Positions 36,640 through 46,888 of a stretch of DNA of 64,000 nucleotides are shown in pieces. The stretch is from an uncultured virus (IMG/VR IMGVR_UViG_3300006752_000023) (taxonomy: Duplodnaviria; Heunggongvirae; Uroviricota; Caudoviricetes), in the IMG/VR virus record IMGVR_UViG_3300006752_000023; one strand, given 5' to 3'. The notes below the pieces were generated by a model. It had not been told where the DNA came from. It made no database searches and was given only the letters and a program-made list of their open reading frames with translations. How positions within the stretch are numbered: position 1 is the first letter of the stretch; each line of letters opens with the position of its first letter. The position numbers and the translations under genes are program-made.

Positions 36640-37640
36640 TCACCATAGCTAAATTCTTTACGAGCAATCTCGTCAAGTTGTTGCATCACTTCTTCAGTAA
36701 AATACTTCTCAGGTTCCTTGTAAACTTGCTTGGCATAGACTTTCTTACCATCGATCTCATAACGACCTGCAACATTCTTCCAGAGACCTCCAAGTTCTCC
36801 TAATTCAAGCAATCCATAATGACGATCAAGTCCACGCTCATCATAGTATAAACGAATAGTGGCGTCCTTGTTCTCCTTGCTTAAACGAGACTTGTGAGTC
36901 TTAGCCTTGATAAGGTTTCCGATGACTTCTGTTCCATCCTTCTCTTTCTTCTTGCTGAGATAGATGATTGTACTTGCTGCATACTTGAGTCCACTACCTC
37001 CTCCCATTTCTTTTGTAGGTACATATGCGCCAATGACATCGTAAGTATGGTTGGTAACAATCATAGGTATTTTAGCCTGTCCTAGTTTCAATGTCAACAT
37101 TCTGAAGGCACCTTTAACCAGTTGTGATTTTGTCATATCACGAACTTGCTTTTCATCCAAAGCATCACGGATCTCTTTCTCAGTTGAAAGCATACCGAGA
37201 GAATCTAATACAAACATACATGGTTTGCGCTCTCCTTCAGGTTTCTTTAGATACAAATCAACTGCTCTCAATGCTTTACTACGAAACTCTTCGATAGTTA
37301 CAACATTGACAACTACCAAGCGATCAAGAGGTAGTCCACGGCTCTCAAGAAGAGACTTATTAATTGCTGCCTCAGTGTCAAAATAGAGACAATACCCATC
37401 AGGATTAGTGTCAAGGAAATTTTGAACGACAGCGAGGCTAAAGAAAGTCTTCCCAGTAGAAGACTCACCAGCAATGGCAGTAATCTTATTCCCAGAAACA
37501 CCACCAAATACGCTACCTGAGACCAGTGAATTAAAAATGTAAGAACCCGTGTCCACATAAGTTTCAGAATCGTCAATATCTTTGGCAAGCTGAGTATAGT
37601 CATCTCCAATTTCTTTGATGATCTCTTTAAGAAAATCCAT
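36636..37640 (-). CDS. uvsX: RecA-like recombinase
   Basis: AGESSTGKT, FDTE, DSLGML, NHTY, MGGGSG. Confidence 0.96.
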   Translation of the reverse strand: MDFLKEIIKEIGDDYTQLAKDIDDSETYVDTGSYIFNSLVSGSVFGGVSGNKITAIAGESSTGKTFFSLAVVQNFLDTNPDGYCLYFDTEAAINKSLLESRGLPLDRLVVVNVVTIEEFRSKALRAVDLYLKKPEGERKPCMFVLDSLGMLSTEKEIRDALDEKQVRDMTKSQLVKGAFRMLTLKLGQAKIPMIVTNHTYDVIGAYVPTKEMGGGSGLKYAASTIIYLSKKKEKDGTEVIGNLIKAKTHKSRLSKENKDATIRLYYDERGLDRHYGLLELGELGGLWKNVAGRYEIDGKKVYAKQVYKEPEKYFTEEVMQQLDEIARKEFSYGE

Positions 37641-37808
37641 TCAACTCCATCTCAAGGTTTTCAAGTATTCTAGCACATTTTCGCGCATTGACATCAGTTC
37701 ATTAAAACATTTTTGGTTATGAGCACAGGATCTAAGTTCCTGATCCGGTTTATGAACGGACTCGATAAAAAGATCAAGCCCTCTATTCCATTTTTCTTGA
37801 TCTGTCAT
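37641..37808 (-). CDS. Small conserved hypothetical protein
   Basis: MTDQEKWNRGLDLFIESVHKPD..CAHNQKC; overlaps the gp43 stop. Confidence 0.72.
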   Translation of the reverse strand: MTDQEKWNRGLDLFIESVHKPDQELRSCAHNQKCFNELMSMRENVLEYLKTLRWS

Positions 37809-40300
37809 GAGAAGAAGTCCTCTAAGTTTGCGGTTTTTTCTACGGACCATCCAATAGCAGTAAGAATGGTCTTTAACGGTTCTAAAAATGCCTTGCTAAA
37901 TTGCAAATCATAATCAATATACTTATTAAGATTTAGTTCTTTGGGAAAGTCCTGAATAAAGGAAATAACATTCTCATGAATGGTATTTGGTATCTTCAAA
38001 TAACAGAATTTAATCTTTTCTCCATTCTTAATTAGAGAATACTTGTTAGTAAGATTCGCTTTCTTAATATAATGATTGTATAGAAGAGCTCCACGACAAT
38101 GAATAGGAGTTCTTTCAGCGTAAATTTCTGACGGAGATTTATACTTCACTACATCACTGACGGATCTTGGGAAAGAGATCTCTTCAGGAGTTAGTTCATT
38201 AAATTTCTTACGACAGTCACCTATGTAGTCAATCATATCATCTTCAGATCCAGTCATCATAATTTTGAAAGAGTCCTTCAACATTTGACGACAAGGTGCA
38301 GGTGTGGAAGACTTTACAGCCTCGATACCCATCACTTTTAATTTAGGTTCTGTGTATTGAACACCTTCACTATTCCAAACATTAAGAATGTACCTCTTCT
38401 TTGCAGTCCAGATGCCACGATCAGCGATATTCTCTCTCTTCATTTGCATCTTTTGTTCGTATGCCGAAACATAGTCTGCAAGATCTTGATACGAGTTATC
38501 AATAAACGGTTCTAATTTATCTTCGCAGATCCTATCAAGTAGTGCAACAATTGCTGCCTTATCATCAGACTTATTACCAAGAAACTTAGTAACAAGAGGT
38601 CCAAGGTTAAGATAGATTGAGTCAGTGTCAGATGCAATAACATAATCTTCACCCTCAGTAGATAAGAGTTTGTTTAGATATTGATTCATCTTGTTCTCAA
38701 TCCAACGAATTGAAACCTGACCAGATAAAGTAATAGCCTCCGCATTTGCTAGTTTAAAATATCTGAAATATTGATTACCAATAGCACCATAAGCAGAGTT
38801 AAGAGAAATCTTCTTCGCCATTTGAATGTTGTTACATCTGGAGATTTCTTTCTTAAGTGCATCAGTAGGAGTCTTCTCAAACTCTTGCTTGGCTTTAAGC
38901 ATGCGCTTCTTGAAGATAACTCTCTCACCATACATCTTCTCCATCAACTCAGGCAAGAACCCTTTCTTATCTTTACGGAACATGGCACCATTCGGACAAA
39001 CAGCATTGTCCTTATACATCTCAAAACTTATTTGCTCAGAAAGTATCTTATCAACTGTTGCTGTTGGATGCTTTTCATCCAAGAGGGTTTCTGGTGAGAT
39101 ATTGTACTGCATAATAAGATGAGGGTACAGACTGTTGAGGTCAAAAGAAACCACCCAATCATAGACTCCCGGAATCGGTTCCTTAACATAGGCTCCTGCA
39201 TACTTTTCATCCTTATCAGTTTTTTCCTTAGGGGGAATGACTATGCCTTTCTTCTTCAAATAATTATAGATGATGGTGTCCCACATCCTTACTTGATAAA
39301 ATACATCGCTATAGTTAACTTTAGCATCGTATGCCATAGTTAAAGCAAGCTCGATCAACTTCATCTTATCTTCAAGACGGTCTACGAGCTCCACATCGAT
39401 AATGTTATATTCTACAAATTTTTGCCACCCGTGAGTATAGAAGTCCTTAAATGTATCAAACTCAGAGTGGTCAAGTTTCTTCTGACCGAGTTCTACATTG
39501 GCAATATGATCAAGACGATATGATTCCTGATTGGTATATGTAAACTTTTTATAAAGATCAAGATAATCTAACTGTGAAATACCGCCAATATCGTAGAAAA
39601 TTTGTCTACGACCTTTGATAAAGACTTCTTTTTGGGATACTAATCCCCAAGGCGATAATCTCTTAGCAAGTTTTTCGCCAAGAACACGATCAATACGCTT
39701 TGCAATGAATGGCATATCGAACAACTGAATGTTCCAACCAGTCACAACATCAGGAGTATTCTCCATCCACCAGTTGATAAAACTGTTGAGTAGATCCCGC
39801 TCATTGTTGAACTGAATGTAGCGAACATTGTCCTGTTTAATCTTGAACGGACCCTGACCCCAGGTTGTAATCTCTTTTGTATTATAATCCTGAATAGTAA
39901 TCAGCAGGATCTCTTGATCAGCTGTCTCAACATCAGGAAATCCATTCTCAGCACGAGTTTCGATATCGACTGTGATGAGGCGAATCTTACTAGCGTCAAA
40001 TTTAATCTCATCTTGAGGATACTTATCAGAAATATACTGATAGATGTACCTCTCATTACCATACACTTTAAAATTATCTACCTCACCATAACTTTTTAAG
40101 AAGTCGCGACAGTCTGATACAAAACCAGGTTTAATTGGTTCGACATACTCCCCATCAAGAGTTTTATGAAAAGTTTCTTTCTTGGCAGGAACAAATAATG
40201 TAGGTTTGTATTTTTCTCTAAACTGAATGTACTCACCATTTTCATAACCACGAACGAGGAACTGATCCCCAATCATTTGTACATTAGTATAGAATTTCAT
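37805..40300 (-). CDS. gp43: Family B DNA polymerase (T4 gp43)
   Basis: DIET exonuclease, SFDLNSLYP, KISLNSAYG, SDTDS, KKRY. Confidence 0.99.
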   Translation of the reverse strand: MKFYTNVQMIGDQFLVRGYENGEYIQFREKYKPTLFVPAKKETFHKTLDGEYVEPIKPGFVSDCRDFLKSYGEVDNFKVYGNERYIYQYISDKYPQDEIKFDASKIRLITVDIETRAENGFPDVETADQEILLITIQDYNTKEITTWGQGPFKIKQDNVRYIQFNNERDLLNSFINWWMENTPDVVTGWNIQLFDMPFIAKRIDRVLGEKLAKRLSPWGLVSQKEVFIKGRRQIFYDIGGISQLDYLDLYKKFTYTNQESYRLDHIANVELGQKKLDHSEFDTFKDFYTHGWQKFVEYNIIDVELVDRLEDKMKLIELALTMAYDAKVNYSDVFYQVRMWDTIIYNYLKKKGIVIPPKEKTDKDEKYAGAYVKEPIPGVYDWVVSFDLNSLYPHLIMQYNISPETLLDEKHPTATVDKILSEQISFEMYKDNAVCPNGAMFRKDKKGFLPELMEKMYGERVIFKKRMLKAKQEFEKTPTDALKKEISRCNNIQMAKKISLNSAYGAIGNQYFRYFKLANAEAITLSGQVSIRWIENKMNQYLNKLLSTEGEDYVIASDTDSIYLNLGPLVTKFLGNKSDDKAAIVALLDRICEDKLEPFIDNSYQDLADYVSAYEQKMQMKRENIADRGIWTAKKRYILNVWNSEGVQYTEPKLKVMGIEAVKSSTPAPCRQMLKDSFKIMMTGSEDDMIDYIGDCRKKFNELTPEEISFPRSVSDVVKYKSPSEIYAERTPIHCRGALLYNHYIKKANLTNKYSLIKNGEKIKFCYLKIPNTIHENVISFIQDFPKELNLNKYIDYDLQFSKAFLEPLKTILTAIGWSVEKTANLEDFFS

Positions 40301-40587
40301 TCAGAAAGCAGTTCGTTGTATGCTTGAAGGATATGTGACTCAGGATCAACTAGAGTCAGAATAGTATCACTTTGAATTCTGCATTTCTTATCAGAAGAAA
40401 TGTTCAGTACTTTCCAAGGTACAAGACGATCTTTATACGGACCCTTGAACCCATCCTCTTGAGGAATAAACTCATAGGGGTTGTCTAACTCACAATCGGG
40501 TTCTCCAATGTCAGCACCAACTTCCTTAATACCTGCAATAATACAGAGGTAGTCTTCCTTGAATACGATTACTTTAATTGGATCCAT
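40297..40587 (-). CDS. Hypothetical protein (Sm-like fold suspected)
   Basis: GEPDCELDNPY..LVPW..ILTLVDP. Confidence 0.72.
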   Translation of the reverse strand: MDPIKVIVFKEDYLCIIAGIKEVGADIGEPDCELDNPYEFIPQEDGFKGPYKDRLVPWKVLNISSDKKCRIQSDTILTLVDPESHILQAYNELLSE

Positions 40588-40885
40588 CAGTTACCTCTTG
40601 ATACATTTTTTTGAGATCAGCGACTGGTTCAAAGATAGTTTGAACCGAATTTGGATTTACAATGAAGGTAGTCTCTTGAGTAAGAGGTTGCCAAGTAGCA
40701 AGAGATACTTGAGATGTATTCTCTGCGGTTTCATTATTATCTTCTGATAGCAGCATGGTTGGCTGCATGATAACACGAAATGGTTTAGTGAACATGTATT
40801 GACGAGCCTTATCTTCAGGGTCAATCAACTCTTTAATGTCAGCAATGATGGAGTCATTGCCGATGATAGCAATTCTAACGGACAT
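40574..40885 (-). CDS. Hypothetical protein (Sm-like fold suspected)
   Basis: IIADIKE..KPF..WQPL..VQTIFEP; AGAGG RBS and extended -10 (TGgTATAAT, 40916-40908) upstream. Confidence 0.72.
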   Translation of the reverse strand: MSVRIAIIGNDSIIADIKELIDPEDKARQYMFTKPFRVIMQPTMLLSEDNNETAENTSQVSLATWQPLTQETTFIVNPNSVQTIFEPVADLKKMYQEVTDGSN

Positions 40886-40917
40886 AATGCAGTTTTTACC
40901 TCTTCCTATTATACCAT

Positions 40918-40942
40918 AAAAAAGGGGGGCATACACCCCCCT
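40918..40942 (-). terminator. Terminator after hsp20
   Basis: GGGGG..CCCCC stem with T-run. Confidence 0.75.
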
Positions 40943-40950
40943 GCCGATAT

Positions 40951-41385
40951 TTAGAACCAATCTTTCCGTTGATGATGCTCTGGAACTATCCTAGCCAAAC
41001 ATATTGAAAGGAGTCCATCCTCAAATTCTACACTCTTCACTTCTACATCCTCAGAGAGCGTCCATACCCTCGTAAAGGACCTCTGTGCTAGTCCCTTATG
41101 CTGATAAGTAGTTTCGGTCTCCTTGTCCTCTTTCTGACCCTCTACAAAGAGTTTGCCATCCTGTGTATAGACAAATAACTCTGCTTTTTTAAACCCTGCC
41201 AGGGCGATCTCTAGCCTGGACTCTACAGAATTTATGGATACTAGATTGTAGGGAGGATAATTAGTAGTGGTCTCATGTAGTGAGTATAAACGATCAAAGT
41301 ATTCGTTCATACCAATGCTATTGCGGTGAACACGATCCAAAAATTGGTCGATGTTAGACGCACCATACTTAGTAAGGTCGGTCAT
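40951..41385 (-). CDS. hsp20: Small heat shock protein
   Basis: NYPPYNL, LEIALAGF, HKGLAQRSF, FEDGLL; AAGGAG RBS before ATG 41385. Confidence 0.96.
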   Translation of the reverse strand: MTDLTKYGASNIDQFLDRVHRNSIGMNEYFDRLYSLHETTTNYPPYNLVSINSVESRLEIALAGFKKAELFVYTQDGKLFVEGQKEDKETETTYQHKGLAQRSFTRVWTLSEDVEVKSVEFEDGLLSICLARIVPEHHQRKDWF

Positions 41386-41417
41386 TTTTAGCTCCTTTAA
41401 AAGCGAGTTTGTATTGT

Positions 41418-41448
41418 GTGGACCCCGAAGGCATCCACTAATATTTAT
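41418..41448 (-). promoter_or_regulatory. Late promoter ATAAATA plus UUCG-capped leader hairpin of hsp20
   Basis: ATAAATA 41448-41442, then GTGGA-TGCC-TTCG-GGG-TCCAC. Confidence 0.7.
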
Positions 41449-41590
41449 CAAACAACATTAAAAAACGGGGTAGAGAACCCCGTATTTTTTTATTCGGTTT
41501 ACATTAATTGGGAAGGGGGCGTGAATCCCCCTATCTACTTTGGTAGCGAATCCGTCGTAGAGAGTCGCGCACGAAAGAGCGACGATTTAT

Positions 41591-42034
41591 TTATGAATTC
41601 TCTTCACTTTCAACTTTAACTTTACGACCAATATTGTACTTAGTCTCCAAGGTCCAATTTCCTTTATCTTTATATGCTAAGACTTTGATCTGATTGAGGG
41701 GAGCAATATCTTGAATCCTTTCTGCATTAACAACAGAAATAAGTCCCCAGTCAGCAAGCAATTGAGTAATTCTATTGCGTCTTTGAACATCATTTAAAGT
41801 AAGATTTGCTTTCTTACCATCAAGAGCAAACAACTCTTTAAAATGTACGATGAAATACCTTCCTTGCTTATGCAAGATATGGCATGACTGATAAAGTTTT
41901 TTTTCTTTTCTAGATGCTACGCCAATTCTAGTTAGCGTTTCTCTCACTTTTAAGAAATCATCCGGTTCACTGAGAGAAACTTCTACCATTTCTTCAGACG
42001 ACCACTCAACGGTCGGTTCAATAACGACGCTCAT
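41591..42034 (-). CDS. regA: Translational repressor RegA
   Basis: PDDFLKVRETLTRIGVAS, LYQSCHILHKQGRYFIVHFKELF. Confidence 0.97.
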   Translation of the reverse strand: MSVVIEPTVEWSSEEMVEVSLSEPDDFLKVRETLTRIGVASRKEKKLYQSCHILHKQGRYFIVHFKELFALDGKKANLTLNDVQRRNRITQLLADWGLISVVNAERIQDIAPLNQIKVLAYKDKGNWTLETKYNIGRKVKVESEENS

Positions 42035-42055
42035 GTCAAAAACAAAAACTTTTTA

Positions 42056-42898
42056 TTATTTAGCTAAACTCCTCTTGACATTCTCTAACGATGGTTTAAG
42101 TATTTCATAGGTTTCCTTATAAGCCATTTTATTGATCCATCGCTTATCCCAAAACTCTTCTAATTTGCAATCTTTGCCTGTGTGATCTTCATATATTCCC
42201 ATGAATACACTCAGTAAATCCCAGTGGCAGTTTGGAAAATACTGAGGTGACAAACAAACAAAGATATGATCGTAATCATACTCCCCATGATCATACTCTT
42301 CTGCAGTTGCAAACCCCCAGTCAGCATACTCTCCGACATGATTGCAAATAAATCTATTTACAGGACTCCTAGTATCTTCTTCAGATTTATCTCCATTATG
42401 AATCCATACCATTCTCTTCAGTTTACCTAAGGTGTGTAGATAAGCTCCCCAACTTCCCTCGTCAACTTTACCATAAGCCTTTGTCAGGTGATACTCTAAG
42501 AGGTGAAGTGCTAGAAAAGTTTCATTACTGTAGTCACCGGTATCAGTTTCAATCTTATCGATGTAGCATCCTGCTAGAAAGTCATCATGATGATCGATAT
42601 TAATTATTTCCAGATCATCTTTATCTAGAACAGAGTCGAGAATATAATCATGATCCAATCCAAAGGCAACAGTTATATTTGGATTAGCTGTCAATGCTTT
42701 TGTAAAGGTGTCTAACATATAGTCTAGACACTTTTCATCAATAATTTTTTCTCTCTGCTTAAGATCAGGATATTTTTTAAAGTATAGATTCCATTTTGTA
42801 GTCGGATGCCACTCATCCCAGAGTTCATCATCTTCATTGGGCCAGTCTTCAACATTAGGAAAACAATAATCAATATCAATGCTAAGAACTTTTGTCAT
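42056..42898 (-). CDS. UPF0489-like (arginase/deacetylase-fold) metal-binding protein
   Basis: LSIDIDY, DHDYI, INIDHHDD, EGSW, FVCLSPQY. Confidence 0.6.
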   Translation of the reverse strand: MTKVLSIDIDYCFPNVEDWPNEDDELWDEWHPTTKWNLYFKKYPDLKQREKIIDEKCLDYMLDTFTKALTANPNITVAFGLDHDYILDSVLDKDDLEIINIDHHDDFLAGCYIDKIETDTGDYSNETFLALHLLEYHLTKAYGKVDEGSWGAYLHTLGKLKRMVWIHNGDKSEEDTRSPVNRFICNHVGEYADWGFATAEEYDHGEYDYDHIFVCLSPQYFPNCHWDLLSVFMGIYEDHTGKDCKLEEFWDKRWINKMAYKETYEILKPSLENVKRSLAK

Positions 42899-43272
42899 TT
42901 AATTCCACCTGTGTCGAGTTTTTTACGAATATACTCTAGTTGTTCTGGCATAAGAATCTTCAGAGCTTGCTGAGCTTTCTCATTGTTATACTTATAATAT
43001 TTTTTTACAAGTTCCAAATCTGCAATCTTTTCTTGGCGCAACCAAGGAGAGAATCTTTTCTTCTTTCTAATGCTATGTAGCAGGAATTGGTACTGCATAT
43101 CTTTTGACAAATGATTGTTCTTATTCATCTCATTCGCAAACAGAATTGCATCCAAATGTCCAGAGAGGCAGCGGTTTATAATGTAAGGAGGATACTTTTT
43201 AATATCTTCAGGATCCTCACTTAGATCTTCTTTAGTGAGGTTAATAGAATTAAGCCAGTCTTTTAATTCCAT
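42895..43272 (-). CDS. gp62: Clamp loader small subunit (T4 gp62)
   Basis: LKDWLNSIN, YPPYIINRCLS, ANEMN, RKKKRFSPW. Confidence 0.95.
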   Translation of the reverse strand: MELKDWLNSINLTKEDLSEDPEDIKKYPPYIINRCLSGHLDAILFANEMNKNNHLSKDMQYQFLLHSIRKKKRFSPWLRQEKIADLELVKKYYKYNNEKAQQALKILMPEQLEYIRKKLDTGGIK

Positions 43273-44963
43273 AACAAATAATTTCCAATAACAAGATAAT
43301 CAATATCCATTTTTGTAAAAGAGGAGATGGCATCCTCTGGAGTTTCAATGATTGGTTCTCCACTCTGATTGAATGAAGTATTCAATAATACTGGTGGTTG
43401 AAGTTTAGAAAGGAGTCGATACATCCTAGCATTCTGTTGCTCATTTACAGTTTGAATTCTACACGACATATCCTTGTGAGTAATTGCCGGAAGTTTCTTA
43501 GTGATAGAAGTTTGAGAATACAACATATACGGACTCACAAAACCAGGATCAAAGTACTCACCAACTTTTTCTTCTAACATTATACCAGCAAAAGGACGCC
43601 AGGTCTCTCTCTTTTTAACCCTATCATTCAGAATATCTTTGTTTTCAGATCTCTTAGGACTCATCAACAATGATCTAGATCCCAAAGACCTAGGACCATA
43701 TTCTGACCTGCCTTGGAACCAACCAACGATCTTATTATCATCCAATTCTTTTGCTAGGAATTCGCAGAGATCATCAAAATTATCATAATACTTACAATTT
43801 TTTTCTTCTGGAACAAAGTCATCATAAGATTTACCTAGTAGTGCAATATTATGTGGCAATTCAATAGTTTCTTTAGATCTATAAGCACCCCAAGCTGCTG
43901 CACCAAAATGAATTCCAGAGTCATTAGTAAATGGAGGAATATGAATGTTACGGAACAATGGTCTCAATATAGTATTTGCACATACATTAAGGAAAGTTCC
44001 TCCAGCAAAACAATTATCTTCTTCTAGATAGTCTTTTTTTAATTCATGTATAAAATACTCAAGACTTTTTTCAAACCAATACTGAACATAGTATGCTTTA
44101 TCTTCTACAGTTCCCTTCAGATTATTATACAACATTTCATAGTCATAGAAATGCACTTCTGGCATTCCAGTTTCCCAACGATCAATACCAAAATGAGATG
44201 TAGGAAACAAAGTAGATATGCATGTAGGAGGTCCTTGACCTTCTAACAATTTACCATAAGCGGACAACCCCATGATCTTACCTTCTTTTGGAGTTACATC
44301 AAAGTTTTGAGCAAACTGAAGATTTTCTACTACATCAGGTTTTAATTTAGACTCTTGCCGCATTGATTCTTTATGCTTATCATCATAAATCATCTGAGAC
44401 ATATTACAATAGTACTCACCAAATGAGTTCATACCTAGATCACCAGTTCCCCTAAAGAATCGGAAGATGCGTTTACTCTTATCAAAATATCCAATACTAT
44501 TACTTTCACCACCACGAGTATGACCACTAGCAAAATCCCAAATCCCACTACCAAGTCCATCAAGAGTTAAGAAACTACCACTATTGAAAGGTGAAGTAAA
44601 GACTGTAGATGCTGCATGGCAAAGATGATGTGACAATAACCAAATCTCAGCATTAGGAAACTGTTCCTTAATGATCCTACTTGCAGTACCATCTACAAGT
44701 TGTTTCTGAAATATATCAGGATAAGATGTAGGGTAACAAACAACATCAATTTCTTCTTTTGTATATCCACCAAGAACATATTCAATAGACTTATATGGAA
44801 AATTACCCTCATCTTTAATACGAGTCAATCTTTCTTCATTAATGCTTCTAATATGAATTCCATTAATGAACAGAGTTGCTCCTGCATCATGAATATAAGT
44901 ATCAGGTGTGTCAAAAAGATTTGCATCCCAATCTAAAGCACCATAGATTCCAATAATTTTCAT
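43263..44963 (-). CDS. Carbamoyltransferase (NodU/CmcH family)
   Basis: HDAGA, EERLTRIK, HHLCHA, TLDGLG, EGKIMGLSAYG, AGGTFLNV, EYGPRSLGSRS, RPFA, LNTSFN. Confidence 0.95.
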   Translation of the reverse strand: MKIIGIYGALDWDANLFDTPDTYIHDAGATLFINGIHIRSINEERLTRIKDEGNFPYKSIEYVLGGYTKEEIDVVCYPTSYPDIFQKQLVDGTASRIIKEQFPNAEIWLLSHHLCHAASTVFTSPFNSGSFLTLDGLGSGIWDFASGHTRGGESNSIGYFDKSKRIFRFFRGTGDLGMNSFGEYYCNMSQMIYDDKHKESMRQESKLKPDVVENLQFAQNFDVTPKEGKIMGLSAYGKLLEGQGPPTCISTLFPTSHFGIDRWETGMPEVHFYDYEMLYNNLKGTVEDKAYYVQYWFEKSLEYFIHELKKDYLEEDNCFAGGTFLNVCANTILRPLFRNIHIPPFTNDSGIHFGAAAWGAYRSKETIELPHNIALLGKSYDDFVPEEKNCKYYDNFDDLCEFLAKELDDNKIVGWFQGRSEYGPRSLGSRSLLMSPKRSENKDILNDRVKKRETWRPFAGIMLEEKVGEYFDPGFVSPYMLYSQTSITKKLPAITHKDMSCRIQTVNEQQNARMYRLLSKLQPPVLLNTSFNQSGEPIIETPEDAISSFTKMDIDYLVIGNYLLWN

Positions 44964-45790
44964 TACTCTACCTCATAATTCATAAGAACTAATTCTTTAC
45001 GATCTTGCTGCTCCTGCATATATTGACCAACAGATCTCATAGTGTATGTAAGGTCGAACTCAGATGCTTTCCAGTTTTTAAACCTATCCTTTACAAGTTG
45101 AGATGAATTATAAGATATTAATTGATGCCCTTTACACTGATCACAATCAATAGCAAACTTATCGTGACCAAACCTCTTATGCATATCACCCTTATTCCCA
45201 TAAAGATTATCTTTGATATCATATGGAGGATCTAGATATGTAAAAACTTCTGGATCATCAGTAAGGAGTTCATCGTAGGAAAGGTTTGTGATCTTCCAAT
45301 TCTTAATGATCGATGAATATCCAGGAATTCTATCAATGCCTCGCATTGAGAAGTTACTTTCGGATGCTTGTTTTGAAAAAGAACTAGATTCAGTAAGACC
45401 AGAGAAAGAACATTTGTTGACAACATAAAAAGCAACAGCACGAATTAAGTTACTCCTCTCAAGATCATTAACTTTCTCCTTTGAGAACAAAAACAAATCC
45501 TTTGCCCTATCTGGATTAGGATGAAGATTCTTGAGTTTTACTAACTCATCTCGTAACACGATACCATTACTCTGGATCTGTTCCCAAAAGTTAACTAAGG
45601 GTTCATATAAATCACTTACCCATACTCTAGAGTCTGGATATCTTTTAGACCACTCTATAGCAAATGAACCACCTCCTAGAAAAGGTTCACGAAGTTCATC
45701 GTATTTCCTGTTAGGCAAATACGCAAATAACTTTTGCACTGCTCTAGACTTACCACCAGGATAACGAAGAGGGGTTTTATAAGCTTTCAT
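44963..45790 (-). CDS. dam: DNA adenine methyltransferase (D12 class)
   Basis: LRYPGGKSR, EPFLGGGS, YLDPPY. Confidence 0.93.
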   Translation of the reverse strand: MKAYKTPLRYPGGKSRAVQKLFAYLPNRKYDELREPFLGGGSFAIEWSKRYPDSRVWVSDLYEPLVNFWEQIQSNGIVLRDELVKLKNLHPNPDRAKDLFLFSKEKVNDLERSNLIRAVAFYVVNKCSFSGLTESSSFSKQASESNFSMRGIDRIPGYSSIIKNWKITNLSYDELLTDDPEVFTYLDPPYDIKDNLYGNKGDMHKRFGHDKFAIDCDQCKGHQLISYNSSQLVKDRFKNWKASEFDLTYTMRSVGQYMQEQQDRKELVLMNYEVE

Positions 45791-46731
45791 TTAAATTTAC
45801 ACTCCACCATAATTTCTGTCAATGCTGCTAGAAGATTGATCTCTTGATCTGCTACGAACGCAATTTGATATTGATACTTAGCAATAATGAGCACAGCAGC
45901 AGCAATGCTAGGACCGTCCAAGGATGTAACAAGAGCATCGTAAACACGACGAAGAAGTACACTAGAATCGTTGTCCAAATTAGAAACGACCCACTTCCTA
46001 ACCGCCTGAAAATCTTTGTTCTTGAGTTTTTGAATAAGATCATTTACTTTTATATCTCCAAATTCAGCAAGAATAGCTGAATCTATTTTACCACCGACAG
46101 AATATCTTTGACACTCATTTAATACACGACGCCAATCAGGGAAGTGTTTATTGATAAGTTCTAGAAGGACCTTGTTATCATATTCAACACCCTCTGCACC
46201 CAAGATTTCTTGGAGACGCTTGAAGAACTCTGCTGCGATTGCTGGTTTTTTACTTCCGGTGATTCCAAACTCAATGACTGCACATCTGGAGTGGAGTGGT
46301 TCGATGAGTTTGTTTTTGTAGTTGCAGGTGAAGATGAATCTGCAATTGTTATAAAATGCCTCAATGTTTGCCCTAAGGAGGAGCTGTACATCATGGGTTG
46401 TGTTGTCAGCTTCGTCAATGATGATGACTTTGTGGTTAGCATCTGATGAAAGCGAAACGGTCGAAGCAAAGTTCTTTGCTTGATTCCGCACCGTGTCAAG
46501 AAATCTTCCTTCATCTGATCCATTTATAATTATATAGTCGCAGTTAAGTTGCTCACACATGGCACGAGCAATGGTAGTTTTACCACAACCTGCAGGACCA
46601 GCAAGGAGCATGTTAGGGATCTCACCCTGCTTCAAAAATTCTTTAAATGTATTCTTAGTAGACTCTGGAAGAATACATTCATCAATAGTTTTGGGACGAT
46701 ACTTTTCGACCCAAAGGAACTCATTACGCAT
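45787..46731 (-). CDS. gp44: Clamp loader large subunit (T4 gp44)
   Basis: LWVEKYRP, GPAGCGKTT, IIDEAD, HSRC, VADQEIN. Confidence 0.97.
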   Translation of the reverse strand: MRNEFLWVEKYRPKTIDECILPESTKNTFKEFLKQGEIPNMLLAGPAGCGKTTIARAMCEQLNCDYIIINGSDEGRFLDTVRNQAKNFASTVSLSSDANHKVIIIDEADNTTHDVQLLLRANIEAFYNNCRFIFTCNYKNKLIEPLHSRCAVIEFGITGSKKPAIAAEFFKRLQEILGAEGVEYDNKVLLELINKHFPDWRRVLNECQRYSVGGKIDSAILAEFGDIKVNDLIQKLKNKDFQAVRKWVVSNLDNDSSVLLRRVYDALVTSLDGPSIAAAVLIIAKYQYQIAFVADQEINLLAALTEIMVECKFK

Positions 46732-46888
46732 AGATGCCATCATAATCAATAATAAATTTGTCCTTTAAGTGCCAGTGAATGTCATCATGCACTTGTTGCA
46801 TTGCGTTGTGTTTGATTGCCCAGTAATCATCATCATCGTCGATGAGGACATTGACTTGGGTTTTCACATCAACTCTAATTGCTTTCAT
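46724..46888 (-). CDS. Small hypothetical protein (54 aa)
   Basis: Manual ORF MKAIRVDVKTQVNVLIDDDDDYWAIK...GIYA*. Confidence 0.65.
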   Translation of the reverse strand: MKAIRVDVKTQVNVLIDDDDDYWAIKHNAMQQVHDDIHWHLKDKFIIDYDGIYA

